From contig NMRA01000853.1 of the NCBI GenBank assembly GCA_002633005.1, positions 1-64,000 of the forward strand: 64,000 nucleotides of DNA. The letters run 5' to 3'. The notes under the pieces are model-generated. The model saw only the letters and a list, made by a program, of their open reading frames with translations, searched no databases and was not told the origin of the DNA. Positions 28,501 to 39,615 of the stretch are shown piece by piece; position 1 is the first letter of the stretch, and every line of letters begins with the position of its first letter. A program made the position numbers and the translations under genes. Source of the DNA: Phoronis australis. Lineage: Eukaryota; Animalia; Phoronida.

Positions 28501-31500
28501 CGAGAAATTCCCCTCAAGTGATTAAAAATTCCCCTCAAGTGATTAACATTTTCCCTCGAGGTTCAAATCACTTGTAACTCACTCAAGTGACTATTTGAAA
28601 GAGCACAAAATGTTAGTTTTGACTACTTGAGGCAGAGCCCATGAGAGCTTGCAGCAGGGCGGGGGTGCTATTGGTAGGGCCGGTAGAATTTCCCCTCTCA
28701 GAAGGCACAGGCACCTTTCTCCTCGGATGAACGAGGGCCCTGAAGGAACATGATAACTATTCAGTATGCTTACTCTGCTTAGTTAACTTTAATTAACTAA
28801 GCAAAAAAAGCTCTAAAACGAGATGGCTTATTTTTTTTTAAGTTATGCTTTGGACAAACAAACTGGGTGTTTTAATTTTAAAATTCATCTTGGCCCACAA
28901 CACCAATGAAATAGACAGTAAGAATTAGTAAAACCAAGAAAGTATAATTCATGGTCAAAAAATTCAATACCATCAATCATTCTTGGGATCAATGACAAAT
29001 GACCTGGTCTTAGGATTGATCACAATATTAAACCAAATGTGACTTGCACATGACAGCAAAATCCAATGAGTCACCACTGTCAAATTCATCATAAATTCGT
29101 CAAAAATACGAACAGATGAACTGGCTCGGGTAGAAAGCATTTTTATCAACAATTTACATGTACAAGAAGAAACGTAACCCCACATTCAACATCACGGGCG
29201 TCGCACCATACGGGGCTGGAAGGAGCTATAGCTATAGGGGGGGGGGCTATAGCCCCACTTTTTTCAGCGCTGCGCCGCCCATGAACATATGGTCCGTAAC
29301 ACGATCGCCGCAATATAGTCATATTTATCTTTTATGTTTCGAACGTAGTTTTCCGAAAAAAATATACCCTTTCGTCGGAAAACTCTTTGGTGCGTTGACG
29401 TGTTCTCTAATGTACGTCTCTGTGGTTAATTATTGACACATTTTTAAGATTTAATATCCAGGTTGGGCTCGAAAGACCAGTCATCTAACTCACGCAATGT
29501 CAACTTCCGGACAAAAAAAATCTTTTAGATTTTTGGGGGTGGATTTTGACACTCAATTGGATAGTATGACGCATAAGAACTTCACAATTCCAGAAGTCAC
29601 TTCCCATCTGGATAAGGAACAAACTGAGCAAATTTTATAGAAGTAAATGGTCTAAATCAAAACTTATTACCTCCTGGACAGAATATGGGTTTACAACCCA
29701 GGTAAAAAGATAAGTTAACAAAACCAGCCTAACTGCAACAGGGTCTCAAATTTCAGTAATATATACCCATTTACAAACAAAAATCTATAATGGTAAATAA
29801 AATGCGGAAACATAAATTCAGATCAATTATGCATCTTCAAGGAAAAGGAACAGTACAGTGGTCAGAAATCATCTAAATGTGATGACCACACTGAGAAATC
29901 CTGTCAGACCAAAAAATCCAGTGGCTAAACAAAATGAACAATGTACCATTACCATGTGGCCCAGGATCATGATCCGTGCCCGGAGAAAAATTCAGTCTTA
30001 GACTAGGTAAATTTTAGATTTGTGCTGTTCACACAAGCAGTTCTGGTGCAAACAAAGCTTGCGACAACACACAAGCCTACTTCCCTACACAGCTGTGCTG
30101 ATACAATAATGCCCCCACTGGATTTAGCAGATCAGCCAGAGTATTTACAGGTCCAGCCACTGTACTGTTTCCTCCCTTTGAATTTTTACAATGCTACATC
30201 CTTGACAATCGCAGATTGCCTCTTTCAATGCATACTCCACTTCCTCTGTCCCAGTTTCCCCACATTTGCTGAGAGTGGCCTATCTCAACAAATTACTTTG
30301 GACCTGTTGTGGTATAAGCCAGTAATCTTTGGCAAATACTTTTTCCCCCGACTCGTTCCTCAAGCTACAAATTCTCTTTGACATATCTTCTGGGAGTAGA
30401 CTTTACGGCCTCTCTCTAGCCCCCTCACTTAGTTGTCCAGAAGGGTACCTTCTTGCTGGTTGTGAACTTTTCCATACCCAACCTTTACTAATAATCGGCA
30501 AGTCTCCAACTTCAGCAGAAGCCACTTCTTCAGCATAAGCCTTTCCTGATTCCTAAAATTGTATTAATGAAAAAATTAAACATATTAAATTTAATGTGGC
30601 CATTTCGGCTCAGAAAATATGAATACCAAGCTAAAGTGAAGGCACCAATATTTTTGACGGCTTTAGCATGTTTAATTAACTTCATAATTGCAGAAATTCA
30701 TTGACAGACATAACATACTCCCTAGTCTCTAAAAGTAGTTCATGGGCAGAAGTCATGTTACACATTTGGTGGTTGTTATGAAAAGTTATGATGACTACCT
30801 ATTTTCTATGCCAATGTATACGTGTAGTTGCATAAACATCAACACATTTGAATAAGATATGATTAAGCAATAAGGCCCAAGTTATAAGCAATCACGGTGT
30901 GTCAATAAAAGTATTTTTGCATGAATGACGTGCTTCTAAAAATATTCCTCAGGGTCAGACCCTGGAGTTTAGTGATTCCTACCTGAGCTCACACGAAGCA
31001 GGACGTTGAACCTTGACTTAACGTCTTTGGTCATTTTTCAGACCTCTATCAGGCTCTATCAGATTTCTCCTCTAGTGTGCAGTGGATGTTCTCAGTGTCT
31101 TTGGCGACAGCAATATATCTCGAGTGTTGTAACGATGATTCGGGCAAGTGAATCTAATACGGTAGATTATGTAGCTCCTGCTGCACACCTGCCTCCGAGG
31201 CAGACACTGAGACAGACTACTTCTCAGGAGGACACGTTCCACCTCCACGTCAGCTCCACGTACTCTTATAAGGTGCTCAAATGTCTCGCTCTATACCTTG
31301 TGCATTTCCCAAGAGTTTCCAAAGTTGTTTCTCTCCGCAATTTGTAGAAATACCACATTCGATGCGACTGGCAGTGCCAGATAAGTAGATAAATTCGCAA
31401 ACCCGCACTTTAGGTCAGCCATCATTCAACTAACGCATTGTAAGCTTTAGTTTGGTATTCAGACGAGTTGGATGAACAAATTTAGTATAATTTCATATTT

Positions 31501-32594
31501 TAGTGGGAAATGCTAGTGTCTTTAAAATTAATTAAAAACATTTAAGCAAACCAATTCTTTTAATTGTTGTATTATACCACGGCATATTAATGCGTAGAAA
31601 CGGCGCACAACTAGTGACTGGTTTAACATGACAAATACACATACGCGGTCTGAAAATAGTGAAATTCAGACACCTATTACCAAGCCTGCCTGAAGGGCTG
31701 ACAAAGTTTTTATTGTATTAATTTCAAGGGCATGGAGTCTTCTACATGTCCATGTTATTATTTTTAGTTTTCTCGCGGGGGCAGCTTCGCTATAAGGGTA
31801 CAACTTACTGCTGGTTTTTCACAAGAAGGAAATGTACCTCCACGGAAACAGTTCCAGTGTTACCATGGTAACAGATATTGCAGTGTCGGTGCCGTTTTTA
31901 CTGACATTGGTCATGAACCTATCATGTGATATCAAAATTGTTCAGAAACGATTCTGTTTGAAGCAGAAACTGGAGTAGAAAATTTGGTCAAAAATGACTC
32001 ATTCCACACCAAGAAATTGCCTCATTTTGCCCCCAAGAACACTTCCCTTGTATCTCCTAAACCACCAAACTTTGTGGTGTCATACTTCACCCAATTTCTC
32101 TCATCCCTAATGTGATTTATCAGACTAAACATGAATCTGAATGGCTGACCCCCCACCTTGTCACTTGTTGGCTGTACAGTGGTCGGTGGATCCGCGGACT
32201 GATACTTAACATTACTATGACCATAGAATTCTAGGACTTCCCATAGTTCCATGCTATGACGACTATACGTTAGTGAACAGCACAGTACTCTACTTTTCAC
32301 CACGTATAAAAATAATAAAGGGTATAATAATCTTATAAAACTAAACACAATCTGATTCGGTGCATTAAACTGCGTTAGCTATGTGGATACCCACCGTTCT
32401 GTAAATCTACGTTGTTCAATAACTTTTAAAGCCACGTCCAGTTTTCCTTTGAATTTGCTTTTGTGCACTGTAGCGAAACCACCAGCTCCGATAATTTCTT
32501 CCGCCACGGATATGTCTTCCAACTTTATTTCAGGGCACTTCAAGCTCTTCCGAATGGTCTCCGCACGCTTCGTCTTGTCATGGTTGTTAGCCAT
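6399..32594 (-). CDS. Spliced gene (9 coding exons seen, about 738 aa, 3'-incomplete): RIPK-like protein kinase fused to PARP14-like region and macrodomain
   Basis: Exons 32594-32395, 19748-19544, 19148-19029, 18894-18734, 18556-18507, 17906-17754, 17105-17017, 15879-15819, 7574-6399. All GT-AG, phases 2,0,0,2,1,1,0,1 give one open frame. Kinase motifs GAGGFATV, VALK, KEARAM, HSDLKLANIL, DFG, APE, DVWSFG; macro motif QGDITSHEVDAIVNASN. Confidence 0.8.
8720..8925 (+). mobile_element. Penelope-like element GIY-YIG endonuclease remnant
   Basis: RRLSMHLQNDSIKDHF...NTIVRYFEQDNFRLKILEALIMKSETP resembles the C-terminus of a Penelope endonuclease. Confidence 0.6.
10137..13580 (+). mobile_element. 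Academ-type non-autonomous DNA transposon with very long TIRs and 3-bp TSD (CGA)
   Basis: cga|TAGACCGG...CAGTCTA|cga; inverted homology from the ends to about 11800 and 12680; central remnant HEEIDTLLTFHL...RASDTDIILI (XPG/PIN-like motif); same family as 1707-5078. Confidence 0.75.
10272..10579. mobile_element. Small MITE nested in the Academ TIR, 5-bp TSD CTGGG
   Basis: ctggg|CAGGGACGGATCC...AAATCCGCCACTG|ctggg; absent from the homologous TIR copies. Confidence 0.75.
14950..15580 (+). mobile_element. Ty3/Gypsy integrase remnant (intronic)
   Basis: ILEELH...MKEVARSYMWWPKTDSHIEHVVSLC (HHCC region) and LFSRYGLPKQLVSDNEPQFSSEEFAEF (rve core), frameshifted. Confidence 0.8.
15819..15879 (-). CDS. 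Exon 8: linker
   Basis: Acceptor tttatttcttatctcag; KTRTPSDPCVEGVDHLKDME; donor G|GTGAGT; phase 0 to 1 bridges exon 7 and the large exon. Confidence 0.72.
17017..17105 (-). CDS. Exon 7: kinase C-terminal helix
   Basis: Acceptor cattttcag; KMAKLLHDEYVGTYKRFYLRDHNSVKDVFQ; donor CAG|GTAAGC; phase 1 to 0. Confidence 0.75.
17754..17906 (-). CDS. Kinase exon 6 (subdomains X-XI)
   Basis: GLTIEPIKHQILNGIR...LVSDCLKYWPCDRSNFK; acceptor ttttcag, donor A|GTACGA. Confidence 0.85.
18507..18556 (-). CDS. Kinase exon 5 (subdomain IX)
   Basis: SFGVLLFELVKKEPLFK; phases 2 and 1 fit both neighbours. Confidence 0.9.
18734..18894 (-). CDS. Kinase exon 4 (DFG to APE)
   Basis: IGDFGVSTLQGYTSDLTGSPVAKGTPTHMAPEMFKPSIAKREMPKNTSETDVW. 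Confidence 0.93.
19029..19148 (-). CDS. Kinase exon 3 (catalytic loop HSDLKLANIL)
   Basis: VEMMTDVADAMQYLHNNTPSLVHSDLKLANILISDRFKAK; canonical splice sites. Confidence 0.93.
19544..19748 (-). CDS. Kinase exon 2 (subdomains III-V)
   Basis: DKQMILACKEARAMCEIEHKSIVKIYGIV...GLVLEYLEHGSLKDFM; acceptor tttcag, donor CAG|GTATGT. Confidence 0.92.
20040..22842 (+). mobile_element. Degenerate non-LTR retrotransposon (RTE-X-like): ORF1 remnant, APE endonuclease, RT, C-terminal Cys/His motif
   Basis: SWNINGL...SSVVDYF...DSNHFP (APE); QAGFRKGYSTVDN, FVDFKKAFD, RQGCQLSPFLFSLFIND, LLFADD, KTKIIVFRKGG; stops and frameshifts; ends in AATAAA. Confidence 0.9.
23615..25660 (-). mobile_element. 5'-truncated CR1/L2-group LINE (RT) with AAAT-type tail
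   Basis: NYRPISVLP, QSGFRP, GVPQGSILGPQLFTIFVNDLP, YADDT; frameshifted; (TTTA/TTA)n at 23621-23648 on the plus strand. Confidence 0.9.
25670..26830 (+). repeat. Non-autonomous repeat with internal direct duplication, (AAG)n tract and duplicated 3' hairpin (Helentron/DINE-like)
   Basis: About 25675-25980 is similar to about 26095-26400; hairpin ACTCTGCGC-loop-GCGCAGAGT at about 26803-26826 with an imperfect copy at about 26722-26745. Confidence 0.45.
32395..32594 (-). CDS. Kinase exon 1 (start codon, Gly loop, VALK)
   Basis: accATGG context with in-frame upstream TAA; IGAGGFATVHKSKFKGKLDVALKVI; donor CG|GTGGGT. Confidence 0.88.
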
Positions 32595-34399
32595 GGTTAT
32601 TTGTTACTGGTCTTTCTAAAATCAGAGAGTTGTGTACATAATGTGTCAGAAAACGACTCAGTATGATAAATACTATTCCGACCAGTACAAAATCGGTTTC
32701 TTTTTGCTTTTGCTCACATTAGAAATGGTTTGTAGACTGGATGGGAATTGGCATATCGTTAAAGCTTCATTGGCGGGGACCGCGCTCATTCAAGTTGCTT
32801 GTCACGATAACGGGTTTGCTTCAGTCGCTAAGGCACTATGGTCGTCGTTGTCATTGCAGGCATTTCATTGTAAGAAAATTCAGCGAAAAGGAAAAGAACG
32901 CGACGATGTTGATTGGAAATGCAAATATGCCTTTTAAAGAAGTTGATTCTTAACACCTTAACTAAAACAGCACTTTCTTCTTGCCCACCTATACAGAACA
33001 CTCAAAAATAGGCCAACTTCCCTGAAGACTCGAAGATCTTTACGCTGCCACCGAAGTCCATCTAACGGATTTACGTGTAACGAAAACCATCAGAAAATCA
33101 CAAGACCGGCAAGCCCTTCAAAACACGATCGTTCAATTCAATTGAATGTAACGTGTTAATTTCAACTGAACTGTGAAGCAAAGATATAACGCCAAAGAAA
33201 CTCTTCATTTCTTGATTTAGCAATAAGTAGAGAAGGAACGTAACTAAACAAACCATGATCTAAAAATTGATAAGGCAGCAATCTGTTACATCTATAACGT
33301 TTTATCACGGGATGACTAAATTGTTCCGCCGCGCCTTGGGATGCATGCATGCGTTTTCAGGACTAATTTTATGCAGAAAAACCGAATTTTTGTGTCCTTA
33401 CAAACGGAGTTCTTTACAACAATTTATTTCCAAAATACCCAAAATCACCACCGAATTATAAATTCCCAAATTTTCATACGAGAAGAAAATTTCGCCTTAA
33501 AAATGACTTTTCATACACACGGGTGATACAGTGTATGATGTGATTCAGCTTCATCATTTAATTTTTCTATTTCCCCGCAATCATAGTCACACAAACAAAC
33601 ACACACAGACGTACACATTATTCTCTCTCAGTCTCCAGCCAGAGAAGAAGCCCAACCAGGCAACCACTTCCGTTGAAATTCAGCAACTTTCCTCGTTTCA
33701 GTGATAATTATATTTTTCCATTTAACACTACATTTCCAATTCATTTTTAAAAACAGAAAAACAAGGGAGTTCACATTTTTTATAATAAATATGCATTTTA
33801 GCCAATACAATTATAAGTTATAAAGTTGATATTTTCATGAAAAACTTCACTTCTGTCAAAAATTACTGTCCCAGAAGGCACAGATGTTCAAAAATATACT
33901 TAAAAATTATTTGAACTCAATAACACTTGAAGATAGATCACTAGGTCATAGAAAAAACGTTAAAAGAAAAATTGCACTCAACAACTTCATTTTTTACAAC
34001 TTGATGTTGCAATTTTGCAACAGTGGGAGCTGTTAGTAGCAAATGTCCCATGTTTATCTAAACATTTGTTTGTGAAAATCACTACAAAACAACACCAGAA
34101 GAAACATTTTTATATTGAAATTATTCTAATTATCAGCAAAAACTCTTCCAACTTTCCTCCTGCTCAATTTCAGATTCTAAGTTTGTTAGACTAGTACAGT
34201 ATACTAATAAAGTTTAGTAGTTCGCATACTTTTTAGAGGTAAACAGTTTATTTCTCAAAAGAAGAAAATAACAGCAAGTGCTAACTAATAAATACCGGTA
34301 TATAGTCACAGAGAATTCCTGTAATGAAGTCAACCCAATGTGTTCCAAGATCTCTTTGGTAGCCTCTATGGACCAGTGATTCACATTGTTGCACCTAAA

Positions 34400-35170
34400 C
34401 ATCACACAATTTAGTTTTAAAAAATAAATGTGATACAGATGAAAACAATTTTTGAGAAGTGAAGCATTTCTCGCCTGCACTTCCAGTAGTTACGTCAACA
34501 CAGTAATTGCAACGACCTCTTTTAGCAAACTTCATGGGTCAGCGACCAACACCATTGTAGTTAACGTCACGCGGAACAACAGTTTTTCTTGTCATCTTTG
34601 CTGCTGCAGGTTTTGGCGACTTAACCTCATCCACCAATGGCCGGCCTCGCTTGAGAGCTTTTCATATGATCAGTGGTGTTGCAATCCGGGCCTGGAAAGT
34701 TCTCAGCTTCACGAGCTCACCTTCGGGGTTTGAAGAGCACGATTTTTTGGTACAGTAGCCAAGCATTGACAACAACGGATATAATATGCCAAAAAGGTAC
34801 ATATACCACCTTCAGAATGTCATGCCGTACCACCCATAAACTTATTGCACTGGCTGCACACAAAAAGTGACATGACAGTTATTGGCTTGTTGTCATACCA
34901 TTGCACAACGCAGATGTTTTCGTCGTTCTCGACTTTTTTTAAATGAACCTCTCCCTTTTTTTATCATTTCCTTTTCACTTTTGAGACTGCACCAATGGAT
35001 ACGATTGGCTCGTATGAGTAGTGCTTCATCATCAGAGCTTTCATCATCGCCATCAAGTTGTTGGTGAACGAAGTTATCTTCATTATCATCCTCACTAAGA
35101 CCTCCAAGTCACTCTCATCTCAATCTAACAAATGTGAAACATCAACCAAATCGAGGGTTTTCCTCATCGT
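34400..35170 (-). mobile_element. piggyBac-like transposase remnant
   Basis: Acidic N-terminal stretch (DDESSDDE), VVVNAWLLY motif near 34750-34780 and C-terminal KNCFHLYH; heavily disrupted. Confidence 0.5.
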
Positions 35171-35919
35171 TTTGAATCGAAAAATTAATCAGGAAATTGA
35201 TTAGCTCATACAATTTTAGTCCTACATTACGTGTGTTTCGAAGTAAATCTTGACAAAGAGCAAGAAATAAACAATAACATAAGTTCATAAAGACGCTGGC
35301 TGAGATCCTATACAATCATGATGTTGAATGTGATGTCAAAAAGACAATTACGGACGAACGACCCGGTGGCACAAAAAACCCAAATTTTAAACACACATTA
35401 AAATCTAACAAGTCAAACTCACACACTATAGAAGAATAACTTACCAAAAGGAAAAAAACTACTACGCTTTTGAATTAAGCACTTAGAATTAACTGGGCAT
35501 TAAACCTACCTTAAGGGTCAGACGGAAGACTAAGTGCAAGTGAGGCATGGTGTCTAATAACAGAGCCCTGTGTTGCAATTATGCAGCATGGCTTTTCAGG
35601 AGAAGCACACTTACAAAACAAAACATTATTCAACATAAAGTTTACACCATTAAATAACATGGTATTTAATAGATTGAATCCATAACATTGGAATAATAAA
35701 TTTACCTGGACTAAGTAGAGAATGAATTTGCCTTTTGCTCACATGATAGCTCACAACATGGTGGCATACATCTTGAATTGCTCATACAAATACATACAAA
35801 TAGCTCATTTGTCAAGAGAGGCCTCTCATAGTGTCGCAATGGTGCAACAATGGGCCTTGGAGGGAACAAAGTCAATAAATGACATGAGTAGAAAATGATT
35901 TGAGGGGTTAATTATAGAT

Positions 35920-36300
35920 TATCAAAAGTTGTAATATGGGGCCTTACAGGGTTTTAAGACATAGCTTATTTTGTACCAAAATACATTTATAATTGGACAA
36001 TGCCAAAAAGATGAAGGCTTTCTGGTTGCTGTTTGCAGAAAGTACACATATCTGCCAATAGGTCTTAAGAAAATATTATTTGTGGTTAAAATTCTATAGA
36101 CGATTTTGATTTTCAGCCATCTTAGACTATATTCCTTGTACATAATACAGTTTATTTGCCACTTAGTCAGCGGTGCAGTGATTTCTAAATTAACCTCCCA
36201 CTTAGCCAATACTTTGGGGGTTTTGAATGTTTTAACAAATACGTCATAAATATTTCGGATTCCTTTCGAATTAACATCCATTTTGTAAAATTTCTTTCCA
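35920..36300 (-). mobile_element. L1/Tx1-clade LINE 3' remnant
   Basis: KWEVNL...LRWLKIKIVYRILTTN...FWHCPIINVFW (zf-RVT-like region). Confidence 0.6.
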
Positions 36301-37814
36301 TTCTGAATGCTGATGACTTTCTAAAACGATCCTGAGGTGGTGGCGTGTTACTATTATTAAAAACTCTTGGTCTATTTACACCCACCTCCTGACTATTTTA
36401 CACTGTCACGACGAGAATAGACCGACGGAAACGTCGTGACCATAGACATCACATAGACCGGGCGCGCGCCACTCAGATACATGCAGCTCGCGTTGTCAAT
36501 ATAACGCCATATTAGAGAGTGCTACATAGGACAAAAATGGCGGAAAAGGGAGCCTCACGGAATCAGTCAGAAAATATGTCTACATAGACCAAGAGATTTT
36601 AGTTAAAGTAATTCTGTTTGATCCATGTCATTTTCAGGTATTGCAAAATTTTGAGAAGAAACTCACAGAGTAATGAATCAGATGAATAAGACTTATACCC
36701 CGGTACTCCTCACATCGTAGTTGAGAATTTGTTATCTGTACGGTAGACAGCCTAGGAACCAGTCCCTAGAGACAGCCAATGACGACCTTTCAAAGAAGTT
36801 TCAGCCCACGTTCTTGATAGTGTAATGGGACTGCCGAAAAACGGTACATTAATATGTCTTATGGCCGTGTCCTCTAATAGTGGCATGTTAGAATTCACTC
36901 GAAACCACAGCAAACTTTTATTTTCCTTTGTCACCGACGGTATCCATTTTCTTGGAAAAAAGTCAACGCTTGTCAATCCATAAACTGCCACCTGTCGGCG
37001 TAGTTGGCTGCCTAGCCAATGGCCCGGGGGTCACTCACATTAACCAGGTGCCCGCAGTGTACCAAAAACTGCGGGTGGGCAGTGCTTGCAGGGCCGGTGC
37101 TGAATCTAATAGGCCTCTAAATTTCCATTTCGTCCCCGTAAAAGGCCCACTGCATAGGGCCGGTGAGGCACAAAAATTTACCCCGCAAAACTAGGGGGTG
37201 GGAATTAGCAGATATGGCTCCCGCAATAGGGAGTTCTCTCCCCGGATGCAGGGTGAGTGCGTCGATTGTGAATTCGGAATGTTCCGCTCGAAGTGATAAG
37301 ATTTACCCCACGAAAGAGTTACTTAATGTCAACTCTGGCACAACGAGCTGCGCCAAGGAGTTCAATGTGCTTATTGACTAACTTGTCTTGAATTGCCGCT
37401 GAGTCCCATCCTGTTAATGTGACTCTAGGCTGTTACAAAANAAGGTCTGCCTCTGAGACAAAAAGTCCGAGAAAATGAGGCATAAGTCCATTAAACATGC
37501 GCAAACGCGTAATTCACAGTGGTGTCCCGTTTTTTTAGTCCGCCCACTTTTTTGTTACCAAAAGATCCACACAAAGTCAGGAATTCGAGCCCCTCATATT
37601 GAATCTACGTGCGCGCATGGTCAGTCATGGCCTTGTAGACTTCACTGTGGCTATGACGCGGTGACAGCGTCGTGGCCTAACATTCAATGTTTGTTTGGTC
37701 ATCTGCAGAGGGTTCGTGGGGAATTCGATAGTTCGAAGTTCACCGCAAACACAAACAGTGCAAAGATCAGGCTCTAGGGAAGTGTTGTGTATGGCATCCA
37801 TTGTGAAAGAAAGG

Positions 37815-38010
37815 GTTGCAAATATCGGAGAAACGGAGCAGCTGATGAAAAAGAGAATGTATCAACATAAAAATTGCAGGAGAGAGAACCGTCAACGGCT
37901 TATAATCACCACCATTCGTGTGATCACATCTTCAATGATGACTATGTTGAGATTCAGTATATAGAGAAGAACTATCACGAAAGATGGGTAAAAGAAGTCA
38001 TGTAGATTAA
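37815..38010 (+). mobile_element. Penelope-like GIY-YIG remnant
   Basis: IGETEQLMKKRMYQHK followed by decayed HIF.DD...YREEN...ERWVKE. Confidence 0.55.
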
Positions 38011-38339
38011 TATTAAAGATCTCGTCTGCTTGAGAACACAGTATCCACCTGGTATCGCGAACCGCAAGAGCTTGCGACCGTACCTGGACGCTTTCGCCAC
38101 CTTCCCCGATGATCTAGGACGTCTTAATCAAGAAAGTCCAGTTGGAATGGTTCATTTCACTCCACAACGGCTTTTAATAGTGAAACAAAAAAGGAAATGA
38201 ACCAATGAAGTTAAGCCTTCAATGGAAATTTCAATGAATCAAAAAATTTCTACCTTATAAAGACACGGGTTTCAGAATATGGATCTGTCACACTTGCTGT
38301 GGATAAGTTAGTCAGGCATTCATACAAAATTATAGATCT

Positions 38340-39250
38340 TAATGTACTAGAACTGATTGGACCTGTAGTGCCGTTTGATACAATAACATTCTTCAGAAAA
38401 AATTCAAGATGCAGTTATATTTACGAAAAATTCAATAAACTACTTTAAGTATCTGTCCGAAATTTGAAGATAAAATTTTCTGATCGATAAAAAACTGACA
38501 AACATCTATCACGTAGCTTTGAAATGTACTGGTTGCAGTGTAGAACTTTTGGTAGAAATATACTATTTTCTTCAGAAATTAAAAATTAGTGATCTTGACA
38601 TTTCTGAGAGCAAATCGTAACAGCCAGGCTACAAAAAAGTATCTTTTTAGACTTGCTTTTCCCTAGGTTTACCAAAGGTAGAAGTTTTGGCGCTTCAATA
38701 ATAGATTTTTAAAAGATGACGAATACAATAAAAAATGAAAGAGGTTATTCGTAACACGAAAGATATGTAGTACTACGCTCTTTTCCAATATAATAAGGAA
38801 AAAATATCAAATATTTCTCCAGACATGTTGCAATTTACTGAAAATGATCAATCATTTTTTGAAACGTTATTACACTGATAATATTAAAAGTATGACAATT
38901 CCGCATAGTATCTACAAAAAGAAAAGCAGGGTATAGAGATCAGCATATTTAAAAAATGAAATAAAAATGCTACATGCGACTTCATCAGATGGCTTTAACT
39001 GATGCAAATTTGCAAAAGCGTTTAAAGGACTGCCAACAAGAAGTGGAGGATTTTCGAAAAGAATATGTGGAAGGAGTTAAATTAAGACCTAGTGCAAAGT
39101 GGATCGAAGATGGTGCAAAGCCTACACAATACTTCTGTGGCTTTGAAAAAAAAAGTATACACAAGTGACAATTACTAAACAATTGGATAATAAAAATTAG
39201 ATACAATTCACTCATCGATTAAAAGGTTCATTTGAGAACAAGTTATATGT
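38340..39250 (+). mobile_element. L1/Tx1-clade LINE remnants; related fragment at about 41780-42090
   Basis: RPSAKWIEDGAKPTQYFCGFEKK matches the L1/Tx1 linker motif; 38380-38600 is similar to 41790-42030 (LVTNSFLQKLKISNTNICSVC...LEHIF). Confidence 0.6.
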
Positions 39251-39567
39251 AAACCTGTTTAACCTGATCTTCCAACTTATGTGTGCACGTGTTTTCAAGT
39301 CGATAAATTTAATCTCTTTAAGTTCATCGAATTTATGTATATCTATCACGCATGTTATTGGAAAAAAAACCTGTGAACTGATTTTTCTACTTTTTGCATT
39401 GACGTATTCAACAAACACAAAAATGCATTCTGCTTGTATCCTCATGGTATTTAAGATCGTGTGTCATTTCTGAAGCGAGGGCCATACTGCGATCCAAAAA
39501 GATCAACTCGACGACGTCGGATCAGCTACCGCCGTTCACTGAATGTAGTCAGTGCTCATTTTCTAAG

Positions 39568-39615
39568 ATGAAGAGTGAAGATGTTTTTGTCCTGGTTCTC
39601 CTCTTCGCACTGCAG
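39568..39615 (+). CDS. dae4: Dae4-like exon 1: start of signal peptide MKSEDVFVLVLLFALQ
   Basis: ATG followed by a hydrophobic core and donor CAG|GTTTGG; phase 0 joins LSILKVQA-NP of the next exon to complete a signal peptide. Confidence 0.7.

Noticed and set aside
32600-39560. NF-kB/IRF sites in the divergent intergenic region
   Set aside because: Only partial GGGAATT/GGAAATTT matches, expected by chance and mostly within TE remnants.
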